Both the position numbers and the translations under genes were made by a program. DNA of 64,000 bases from an uncultured Acidobacteriaceae bacterium (GTDB taxonomy: Bacteria; Acidobacteriota; Terriglobia; Bryobacterales; Bryobacteraceae). Below, piece by piece: positions 40,001 to 47,590 of this stretch (position 1 is the first letter of the stretch; each line of letters starts with the position of its first letter). The DNA lies in NCBI GenBank assembly GCA_963758245.1, contig CAVWUV010000014.1, forward strand, positions 127,729-191,728, given 5' to 3'. The notes under the pieces are model-generated. The model made no database searches, had not been told where the DNA came from, and was given only the letters and a program-made list of their open reading frames with translations.

Positions 40001-41242
40001 TCATACGGTTCGCCTCTGCCCTAGGCCGGCGAAGAGCTTACGTTTGGCTTCTTGCATGCCGCATGCTGCTCTGGTATCGCTGCGAGCATCGGCGCGATAT
40101 TTTAGGTTTTCTCTCGTGGTACCGGGTTTCAGATACGCAGCGAAGTCCGAAATCTGCTGCAATATCTCCCAAGGCGTCGCATAGCGTCGGTATACCCGAC
40201 GCTGCTTTCCTTTTGTGTCCGTTATGGTTTCCGGCACGCCACAGGGCCGATGAAAATTGAGATACGGATTGAAGTGATCCCGGTAAAACGCACTAATGGC
40301 TTCAGCATGCGTTGCGCCAATGTAGCCGTAGCCAATGTGCTTGCGGATCACCGCTCCGTTCTTGGCCTCCACTAGGCCGTTATCGTTGGAATGCCGCGGC
40401 CGCGACTTCGTCTGCTCAGCTAATAATTTATTCAGCAACCCGGCCACGCGCCCATTGATAAACTCGCTTCCATTGTCGGAGTGAAAACCCAGAATGCGGA
40501 ACGGAAACTGCGCCAGGATCGCTTCCAGCACGGGCAGCAGCCATTTCTCTCCAATTTGCGCGCTGGCTCCCACCACCTGCCATTGCGTCACTTCATCCAC
40601 GGCATTGATGTGATACACCCCCTTGACGCCCTCCAGATCTCCCTGGTGAACCGTGTCCACTCGCAAGTACCCCGGCTTGCCTTGCGCATCGGGCCGCCGC
40701 CGTTCCCCTATGGCAATCTGCACCGGCCGGGTCTTCTCGTAGCAGACGCGCTTCTCGCGGTACCGGCGGCTCTTGCGCAGGTTATAGATGTGGGCTGCCG
40801 AAATCCCCGCCAGGCGCTGGTAGCGCTGGTCGCCATAGTGATGGAACTCCCGCTCGAGAATCTTCCGCGTGGCCGGCCCGCTTAGCGCTTCGTGCGCTTC
40901 GTCCACTTCCGCCAGCAGCTCAATATCGGCGGCGGTGTAGCGGCTCGGAAAGCGGTTCCGCCGGTATCTGCGCTCCTCGATAGCTCCTGTTTTCACGTAG
41001 CGGGTGATCAAGCGCGTCATCTGCGCTCGGCTCAGTCCCGTCATCTTCTGTACGTACCGCCGCAGCAGCCCTTTGGTTTCCTTGCCCTGTTTCCAATACT
41101 CCTGCTCGCACATTGTCCGACAAATCCAGGCGTATCCCTCGTCCCGATTCGCCGCCTCGAAATGTACCTCCTCGCTTGCCTCCAAAAATGCCCGGATCTG
41201 TTCCAGGCTCAGCCTTTCTCCGTTTTGCACGCTGACCTTCAA
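40001..41242 (-). CDS. DDE-type integrase-core (rve) transposase
   Basis: 413 aa. N-terminal HTH region (LSRAQMTRLITRY). Catalytic core with YLRVDTVHQGD, VYHINAVDEVTQW and FHSDNGSEFIN ... NGLVEAKNG (D, D, E). The IS family is unresolved (ISNCY/IS481-like single-ORF type). Confidence 0.85.
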   Translation of the reverse strand: MKVSVQNGERLSLEQIRAFLEASEEVHFEAANRDEGYAWICRTMCEQEYWKQGKETKGLLRRYVQKMTGLSRAQMTRLITRYVKTGAIEERRYRRNRFPSRYTAADIELLAEVDEAHEALSGPATRKILEREFHHYGDQRYQRLAGISAAHIYNLRKSRRYREKRVCYEKTRPVQIAIGERRRPDAQGKPGYLRVDTVHQGDLEGVKGVYHINAVDEVTQWQVVGASAQIGEKWLLPVLEAILAQFPFRILGFHSDNGSEFINGRVAGLLNKLLAEQTKSRPRHSNDNGLVEAKNGAVIRKHIGYGYIGATHAEAISAFYRDHFNPYLNFHRPCGVPETITDTKGKQRRVYRRYATPWEILQQISDFAAYLKPGTTRENLKYRADARSDTRAACGMQEAKRKLFAGLGQRRTV

Positions 41243-41382
41243 TCCTCAGCATGCGAAGCTCACCTCCTCTTCAGGCTCATTCTGCGTTAGAAACAAACCC
41301 TTCCTTCAGGCTCATCTTGCATTGGACAAGACTGCCGATTGACAAGAAACGAAAGTCGGTACATTCTTGGGAAGGAGTCTTT

Positions 41383-42435
41383 ATGCGCTTCTCGCGCCTG
41401 CTGTTCGCCTCTCTCGCCCCTCTTGCCCTACTTGCCGCTTTCCCCGCTTTCGCTCAGTCGGTCATCTCGGTTCATTCCGGGGTGGTCCACTTCTCGGAAG
41501 GATCGGTGTTCATCGATAACCAAGCGGTAGATCAGAAATTAGGTACGTTCGCCAATGTCAAGGAAGGATCGATGCTGCGGACCGAGCACGGTCGTGCGGA
41601 GGTTCTTCTCACTCCCGGCGTATTCCTGCGTGTGGATGAAAACAGTTCCGTACGGATGATTTCTTCCGCGATCACAGATACTCAGGTGGAGTTTTTGCAA
41701 GGCTCCATTATCATTGACTCTCTGGATGCCCCCGGCGATAGCCCGGTAATCGCTGTATATAAGGAAAGCAAGGTTCGGTTCCCAAAGCATGGGATCTACA
41801 GGCTCGATTCTGAGCCTGCACCGCTGCTGCAGGTGTACAGCGGGGAAGCCGAGGTCGCCCATGACGGTAAAACCTCATCTATCGATGCATCCCATCTCTT
41901 CTTCTTCGCGGCAGCAACCGAAACCAAGAAATTTGACAATGGAACTGACGACGAGTTTTATGCCTGGGCTCGAGACCGGAGTGAAGCCATCACATCGGAG
42001 AATCAGCTAGCGGCCCAAACAGCAAAAGATCCTGCGGATATCGACAACGGTCTTGCCGTTCCGGGGGACCCGACTTTCGGCGGTGTGGGACCCACTACCG
42101 CTCCGTTTCCGGGAATTTATTCGATGGGCGGTGGTTACTTTGACGCATACACCCCCTTGGGAATGGGTGCGTTTGGCCGATATCCGGTCTTATACCCGGT
42201 GTTCGTCTACGGGCGTTATGGTAGGCACCCTGGTTCCTCCTGGCCGAGGCCGAGTCACCCGCAGTGGCCTAATGCCGGCATTGGAACTTCGTACCATCCT
42301 GTCCGGCCGACGATCCCGGTGCTTCACCCTGTTCCGGTGGGAATTGGCACCGTACGTTCCGGAGTGTCCCGCCCCGTCGTTGTATCGCCCCGCCCAGGTG
42401 TCGGTATCGGAGCGCATCCGATCGGCCACCGATAG
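41383..42435 (+). CDS. Secreted FecR-domain-like protein with a P/G/Y-rich C-terminus
   Basis: ATG at 41383 preceded by GGGAAGGAG. Signal peptide MRFSRLLFASLAPLALLAAFPAFAQ. FecR-like beta-rich segment (GSMLRTEHGRAEVLLTPGVFLRVDENSSV). Low-complexity Pro/Gly tail. Confidence 0.55.
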   Translation: MRFSRLLFASLAPLALLAAFPAFAQSVISVHSGVVHFSEGSVFIDNQAVDQKLGTFANVKEGSMLRTEHGRAEVLLTPGVFLRVDENSSVRMISSAITDTQVEFLQGSIIIDSLDAPGDSPVIAVYKESKVRFPKHGIYRLDSEPAPLLQVYSGEAEVAHDGKTSSIDASHLFFFAAATETKKFDNGTDDEFYAWARDRSEAITSENQLAAQTAKDPADIDNGLAVPGDPTFGGVGPTTAPFPGIYSMGGGYFDAYTPLGMGAFGRYPVLYPVFVYGRYGRHPGSSWPRPSHPQWPNAGIGTSYHPVRPTIPVLHPVPVGIGTVRSGVSRPVVVSPRPGVGIGAHPIGHR

Positions 42436-42439
42436 ACGT

Positions 42440-43387
42440 TTACTGCGTCGGAGCGTAATAGCCGAGACGCCATCGCGCCTTCAGCGGAGAGAGGCCGGGA
42501 GGCTGTTTCAGCTTCACTTCCACCTTCCGATATTTGCCGTTCCGCTCCTGGTTTTGCGGCGGATAAGCCAATACATACTGATTCCGCAGCTCGATCCCAA
42601 TTCTGGCAGCAATGGCAGGTAAATCGCTGGAACGGGGCGCGGCAAACGCTCTGCCGCCCGTCTGCTCCGAAAGCTGGGAAAGCAAGCGTGGTCCCGAGAG
42701 TTCCGCTGCCCCGAGTACAAATGAAGCGTAAGGCTCAAAAACGCCCATTGCATAGATCTGAACGTCCGCTTCGCGCACCAGGTCCTTGATCTCAGCGGCC
42801 GAGTACCGGCTATTGTTATCGCCGCCGTCTGAAATAATCAGAAGCGCTTTGCGGGGGTTTTTGGCACTTTTCATCTCGCTCAATCCCAGGTGCACTGCAT
42901 CCAGAAGCGCCGTGAGGCCCTGCGACTCGACCGAACCGAGCTTGCCTTCAATCTGATCACTGTGATCGGTAAATCCTACAGCGAGTTCTGCCCGATCGCT
43001 AAACTCGACAAGGAACGCCTCATCATTCGAGTTCATCGTTTTCAGAAATTGAGCTACCGCTTGGCGCGATATATCAATTTTGTCGCCCATGCTTCCGCTC
43101 GTATCGACCAGCAAACCCACCGAGAGAGGCGCATCTTCGCCCGAGAACTGGGTCACCTTCTGTTCGGTCCCATCCTCGAAAACATGAAAATCCTGCTTTT
43201 CGAGTCCAAGGACAAACCGGTTTGAAGCGTCGGTCACTGAAACGGGTATGAGAACCAGGGTGGATTCGACCCGCAGCTTCAGCGTGGAAGCCGGTTGAGA
43301 AGTCTGCCGGGCAGAGCCGTTTATTGCCGCGCCAAGGACTACAGCGACTGCCAAAACGAAGAAAAAGAAGGACCGAGGCGATACCAC
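42440..43387 (-). CDS. VWA-domain protein of the VWFA-related acidobacterial type
   Basis: Signal/TM N-terminus. MIDAS motif region LLVDTSGSM. C-terminal beta segment ...YRKVEVKL......L.ARWRLGYYAP, characteristic of the acidobacterial VWFA-related family. Confidence 0.85.
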   Translation of the reverse strand: MVSPRSFFFFVLAVAVVLGAAINGSARQTSQPASTLKLRVESTLVLIPVSVTDASNRFVLGLEKQDFHVFEDGTEQKVTQFSGEDAPLSVGLLVDTSGSMGDKIDISRQAVAQFLKTMNSNDEAFLVEFSDRAELAVGFTDHSDQIEGKLGSVESQGLTALLDAVHLGLSEMKSAKNPRKALLIISDGGDNNSRYSAAEIKDLVREADVQIYAMGVFEPYASFVLGAAELSGPRLLSQLSEQTGGRAFAAPRSSDLPAIAARIGIELRNQYVLAYPPQNQERNGKYRKVEVKLKQPPGLSPLKARWRLGYYAPTQ

Positions 43388-43545
43388 CTACGCGCTCCAG
43401 ACCGAGGACGAGTCTACCACAGTCTCGTTTGCTCCAATCCAGGCCAGGCGTTGTCCCGGTCAGACAGCCCGTTAACGGGACTACTTAGTCTCCAGTACCC
43501 TTTGAGCTTGCTCCGGGGGTACCCAAAGGTTATACTGATCACATT

Positions 43546-43573
43546 AAGAGCGGTTAATCGCTTAACCGCTCTT
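43546..43573. promoter_or_regulatory. Perfect 12-bp-arm palindrome AAGAGCGGTTAA-TCGC-TTAACCGCTCTT
   Basis: Read directly from the sequence. It lies in the 312-bp divergent intergenic region between the VWA gene and the DUF2961 gene. It could be an operator or an RNA hairpin. Confidence 0.5.
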
Positions 43574-43583
43574 CCTCCGAGGC

Positions 43584-43610
43584 CAAGGGTCCGTGAAACT
43601 CGGACCCTTG
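43584..43610. promoter_or_regulatory. Perfect 10-bp-arm palindrome CAAGGGTCCG-N7-CGGACCCTTG
   Basis: Read directly from the sequence, 10 nt after the first palindrome. It is followed by a moderately T-rich stretch (TCTAATTGTAAGTT). It could be an operator, a 5'-UTR hairpin or a terminator-like structure. Confidence 0.5.
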
Positions 43611-43699
43611 TCTAATTGTAAGTTCATTCACTTTGCTCGGAATAGAAGATTTCGGTGTTCTTCGGTCGATTTTGAAATCTTAATCAGTTGGACTCCTGA

Positions 43700-44830
43700 A
43701 TGAGCGACTCCCCACGCCGCAGGCGATTTCTGACCTCCCTCGGAGGAATTGCCGCACTGTTCCCTACTAGCCGGTCTCGCGCACAGGCGGCGGTTCCTGC
43801 TGCACCACTTCCTGCCGTAATCCCGGCATACGCTCTCGCGCAGAACTACAAAACCCTAAAGCAATCGAGTTACGACCGCACTGGCGGCAACCGCGATTTC
43901 TGGCCGATGGCGCCTGGCGAAACCTTGGAGGTATTTAAGGCTTCTGGACCTGGGGTGATTACTCACATCTGGTTCACGATCAGCGCTCAAAGCGAGCACC
44001 ATCTTAAGGAACTGGTGCTCCGGATCTACTGGGATGAAGCAGCCAAACCTAGCGTTGAAACTCCCGTCGGCGACTTCTTCGGGCTGAATTTGGGCGAGTA
44101 TTTCCTGTACCAGTCTGCCTTCCTGAATTGCTCTTCGATCAAGGCTCTGAACTGTTATTTCGCGATGCCCTTCCGGCGTTCAGCCCGAATGACCGTGACT
44201 AATGAAGGTGAGAAGCCCGTGGGTGCGTTCTACTCGAATATCGATTACCAGCTATTGCCGTCTCTCCCCGATGACGTACTCTATTTTCACGCGCAATATC
44301 GGCAGGCTACGCCCAATCAAGCCGTCGTTTTTGCCGCCGGAGAAGCCGAACTCAACGTGAACGGAGAGCGCAACTACGTCTTTCTCGAAACCAAAGGAAG
44401 AGGACATGTTATGGGCGTCACTCTCGGCGTTCTGCAGAATTCTGATCACTGGTTCGGTGAGGGAGACGAGATGATCTTCATCGACAATGACGCAAAGCCC
44501 GTCATCAATGGAACGGGAACGGAGGACTACTTCTGCGGAGCCTGGGATTTCGGCGGCCCTAATGGCGCTCCGTTTTCAAACCTCTATAACGGGGCTCCGT
44601 ACCTCGGAGTTCCCGAGCGCGCGGGCGGCCGCTATTGCCTCTATCGATGGCACGCGGACAATCCGATCGCTTTTGATCGATCCGTTAAGCACACCATCGA
44701 ACATGGCCACGCGAACGACCGCGCCGACTGCTTCTATTCCGTAGGCTATTGGTACCAGACCGAGCCGTATACCGATTTTCCAGCGCTGCCCCCGCTCGCC
44801 GCCAGGATCCCGGCCTTGAAGCCGGCCTAA
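43700..44830 (+). CDS. DUF2961/GH172-family glycoside hydrolase-like protein, Tat-exported
   Basis: Twin-arginine signal SPRRRRFLTSLGGIAALFP. Conserved DUF2961 segments (GPGVITHIWFT, GEGDEMIFID, NGTGTEDYF, YRWH..DPI.F). Confidence 0.8.
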   Translation: MSDSPRRRRFLTSLGGIAALFPTSRSRAQAAVPAAPLPAVIPAYALAQNYKTLKQSSYDRTGGNRDFWPMAPGETLEVFKASGPGVITHIWFTISAQSEHHLKELVLRIYWDEAAKPSVETPVGDFFGLNLGEYFLYQSAFLNCSSIKALNCYFAMPFRRSARMTVTNEGEKPVGAFYSNIDYQLLPSLPDDVLYFHAQYRQATPNQAVVFAAGEAELNVNGERNYVFLETKGRGHVMGVTLGVLQNSDHWFGEGDEMIFIDNDAKPVINGTGTEDYFCGAWDFGGPNGAPFSNLYNGAPYLGVPERAGGRYCLYRWHADNPIAFDRSVKHTIEHGHANDRADCFYSVGYWYQTEPYTDFPALPPLAARIPALKPA

Positions 44831-44892
44831 GAGCGAGAATTTTCGCACACATCCCCCCGTCGCCGTTTTCACCTATTCAAGGATTCTGGCTG

Positions 44893-45525
44893 TTACTGAC
44901 CATAGATGCTCACTTTGGGTATGTGCTTGGCACGATCAACGGAAACCAGCCTTTCAAGGTGTTTGGCCAGGATATCCACCTCAACGTTCAGTCGAGCACC
45001 GGAACTGTAGTTGTGTAAGGTCGTGTGCTGATACGTGTGCGGAATGATGGTGAAGCCCACGAGCTCATTTTCAATTTCGGCGATAGTAAGGCTGATACCG
45101 TCGACCGCGATTGAGCCTTTACTCACGATATAGCGGCTGAATTCGGGCGGAACGTCAATTCGTAGCCACCAGTTTTCGTCGCCCAGAGGATCGAGCGAAA
45201 CCAGCTCCGCAGTTCCATCGACGTGGCCCAGAACGAAGTGCCCGTCCAGGCGACTATTGGCCCGCAGCGGGCGCTCGAGGTTGACGGGCAATCCCGGCTT
45301 TAGGTCACCCAGGTTGGTTCGCTTCAAAGTCTCGGGAGCGAGATCGGCGGAGAAGTTATTCGGGCCAAGTTCAACGGCTGTAACGCAGGCCCCATTGACT
45401 GCGATGCTCGCGCCCAGAGTGGCGTCGTGAAGTATGGTGGAGCATCCGATCGTGAGCCGCGCGCCGGCTGCTCTCGACTGAAGCTCAATTACACGGCCAA
45501 GCTCTTCTATGATTCCGGTGAACAT
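44893..45525 (-). CDS. ribE: Riboflavin synthase
   Basis: MFTGIIEELG start with two lumazine-binding repeats. 210 aa. Its ATG shares one nt with the ribD stop (TGATG). Confidence 0.92.
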   Translation of the reverse strand: MFTGIIEELGRVIELQSRAAGARLTIGCSTILHDATLGASIAVNGACVTAVELGPNNFSADLAPETLKRTNLGDLKPGLPVNLERPLRANSRLDGHFVLGHVDGTAELVSLDPLGDENWWLRIDVPPEFSRYIVSKGSIAVDGISLTIAEIENELVGFTIIPHTYQHTTLHNYSSGARLNVEVDILAKHLERLVSVDRAKHIPKVSIYGQ

Positions 45526-46622
45526 CAGGTTTTGGCCAGGTACGCTTCCACCGCGAACTCATTCTCCGAGATTGCATGGACCGTGAGGCGTTCCAGCAGA
45601 ATCGCGTCAGCGCGGCGCATACGGCCGACCCCTCCCGCGACGGGCAGACTCTTGAGACCGCCGAGAATCTTTGGCGCGTAGTAGAACAGGACTTTGTCGG
45701 CGATTTGTTTATCGAGCATCGTCCAATTTACTTTGCTTCCAGCCTCCACCATGACGGACAGATATCGCTCACGCGCCAGATACTCCATGACTTTATCGGG
45801 ATCGGTGCGGCCGCCCGGCCCATCAGCTATCAAGATCTGAACGCCGATGGATTCCAGCGCCTTTCTGCGATCCACCGGGGCTGCTGAGGTTCCGGCCACG
45901 AGAACATCGCCTTTCGCGCTGGCGATGATCTTAGATTGAAGAGGAATCCGAAGCTGGGAGTCGAGCACGATGCGCAGAAGGGGACGGCTACGCTCGCGCC
46001 CGGATCGATCGGTAAGCAGACAATCGTCTTCCAGCACAGTACCGAGGCCCGTGAGAATCGCGTCCGAGAAATGCCGTACCTGCTGAACGTCAGCGCGGGC
46101 GACGTCGCTCGTAATCCAGCCGAAGTTATCTTGGGGCGCTGCAATTTTGCCGTCCAAGGTCAGCGCCGCTTTCACTGTTACAAGCGGCCGGCCCGTCGTC
46201 ATGAAATGAATGAAAGGCTCGTTGAGGCGCTCTGCTGCGGCCGTGTGGGAGTCATCAACATGCACGTCGATCCCCGCTTTTCGAAGCTTGGAAAAACCCT
46301 CACCGCTTACCTGTGGATTCGGATCTTGCATCGCGGCGATCACGCGCGCAACGCCGGCTTGAATGATCGCTTCGACGCACGGGTTGGTGCGGCCATGATG
46401 CGAGCAGGGCTCGAGCGTCACGTATAACGTGGAGCCTCGCGCTGCTTCGCCAGCTTCCCGTAAAGCTAATACTTCGGCATGATCAACGCCGGCCCAGGTG
46501 TGAAAACCGCGACCTCTGACGGTCTCATCACGGACTACTACGGCGCCCACCGTAGGGTTCGGACTGGTCAGTCCGCGCCCCCGCTCCGCGAGCTGAAGCG
46601 CTTCCTGCATGTAGCTCGTCAT
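45525..46622 (-). CDS. ribD: Bifunctional diaminohydroxyphosphoribosylaminopyrimidine deaminase / 5-amino-6-(5-phosphoribosylamino)uracil reductase
   Basis: Deaminase zinc motifs HAEVLAL and TLEPCSHHGRTNPC, plus a C-terminal reductase domain. 365 aa. Confidence 0.92.
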   Translation of the reverse strand: MTSYMQEALQLAERGRGLTSPNPTVGAVVVRDETVRGRGFHTWAGVDHAEVLALREAGEAARGSTLYVTLEPCSHHGRTNPCVEAIIQAGVARVIAAMQDPNPQVSGEGFSKLRKAGIDVHVDDSHTAAAERLNEPFIHFMTTGRPLVTVKAALTLDGKIAAPQDNFGWITSDVARADVQQVRHFSDAILTGLGTVLEDDCLLTDRSGRERSRPLLRIVLDSQLRIPLQSKIIASAKGDVLVAGTSAAPVDRRKALESIGVQILIADGPGGRTDPDKVMEYLARERYLSVMVEAGSKVNWTMLDKQIADKVLFYYAPKILGGLKSLPVAGGVGRMRRADAILLERLTVHAISENEFAVEAYLAKT

Positions 46623-46639
46623 GGCAGAGAATCGCTTTG

Positions 46640-47590
46640 CTAGTCGAACAGCGAAGCGACGAACTTATCGGGTTCGAAGGGCAGCAGATCATCTAGCTTT
46701 TCGCCGACGCCAATGAATCGAATTGGCAGATTCAATTCACGCGCGATAGCAACCACTACCCCTCCTTTGGCAGTGCCATCGAGTTTCGTCAGGATGATAC
46801 CCGTTACGCCCGCTGATTCGGTGAACTTACGCGCCTGTTCGAGCCCGTTCTGGCCGGTCGTTGCGTCGAGAACTAGCCAGACCTCATGCGGCGAGCCGGG
46901 CACTACACGCTGGCAAGTCCGCCGCATCTTCTCTAGCTCCGACATGAGGTTCTCTTTTGTGTGCAGACGGCCGGCTGTATCGACAACCACATAATCGACG
47001 CCTCTCGCTTTCGCGGCTTGCAGCGCATCGAAGACAACCGCGCTCGGGTCAGCACCGGTCTTCTGCCGAACCATGTCAACGCCCGCGCGCTGTGCCCATA
47101 TTTCCAATTGCTCGATAGCGCCAGCGCGAAAAGTATCAGCAGCGCAGAGTAACACCTTTCGGCCCTCCCCAAGAAATCTATGGGCCAGTTTGCCGATTGT
47201 AGTGGTCTTCCCTGAGCCATTCACGCCAACCAGCATGATTACCGCCGGGGGAGTGCTGACAATTCGAATCGGGACCTCAGAGGTGCGAAGGACCTCCAGC
47301 AGTTGCTCCCGGATCAGATTACGGATTTCGGCCGCATCACCGGTCATCTTCCGATCGATGCGCTGCCGGATCTGCTCCAAAATGTCCTCCACCGTGCGAA
47401 CGCCCAAGTCCGCGGTGATGAGAGTGTATTCGAGCTCCTCGAGGAGGTCGGCGTCGATCTCTTTCTGCCCGGAGAGGACATCCTCGAGCCGATCCACCAG
47501 GCCGGAGCGGGTTTTCTGGATCCCGGCCTTCAGCCGATCAAGCAGATTAGGTTCAGCGGGAACCGAGCCAAAAAGCGTCTGAATGGCCAT
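46640..47590 (-). CDS. ftsY: Signal recognition particle receptor FtsY
   Basis: NG domain with GVNGSGKTTTIGKLA, DTAGR and TKLDGTAKGG motifs. 316 aa (short N-terminal form). Confidence 0.92.
   Translation of the reverse strand: MAIQTLFGSVPAEPNLLDRLKAGIQKTRSGLVDRLEDVLSGQKEIDADLLEELEYTLITADLGVRTVEDILEQIRQRIDRKMTGDAAEIRNLIREQLLEVLRTSEVPIRIVSTPPAVIMLVGVNGSGKTTTIGKLAHRFLGEGRKVLLCAADTFRAGAIEQLEIWAQRAGVDMVRQKTGADPSAVVFDALQAAKARGVDYVVVDTAGRLHTKENLMSELEKMRRTCQRVVPGSPHEVWLVLDATTGQNGLEQARKFTESAGVTGIILTKLDGTAKGGVVVAIARELNLPIRFIGVGEKLDDLLPFEPDKFVASLFD

Larger units (their letters stand above)
39741..41293 (-). mobile_element. Compact insertion sequence (about 1.55 kb) with a single rve/DDE transposase and imperfect terminal inverted repeats
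   Basis: The left end 39741-39767 (TTTCTAATTGAAGAATGAGCCTGAAAG) is the inverted complement of the right end 41267-41293 (CTCTTCAGGCTCATTCTGCGTTAGAAA). They share a perfect 14-bp core TTCAGGCTCATTCT plus TTAGAAA, with a 1-nt spacer difference. I saw no clear target-site duplication, so the exact ends are uncertain within 39650-41382. Confidence 0.55.

Noticed and set aside
39650-40024. Small ORFs in the IS left arm (39650..39976 minus, 39810..40004 minus, 39803..40024 plus, 39646..39879 minus).
   Set aside because: They overlap one another in several frames across the 57-bp repeat modules and have no start context or motifs. They are more likely non-coding IS terminal sequence.
43388-43699. 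Possible SRP RNA or another housekeeping ncRNA in the long intergenic region.
   Set aside because: I could not find the conserved SRP domain IV motif or signatures of tmRNA, RNase P or 6S RNA. Only the two palindromes stand out, and these are reported separately as unexplained.
46623-46639. Expected FMN riboswitch upstream of ribD.
   Set aside because: Only 17 nt separate the ftsY stop from the ribD start. ribD-ribE are evidently co-transcribed with ftsY or use a promoter inside it.
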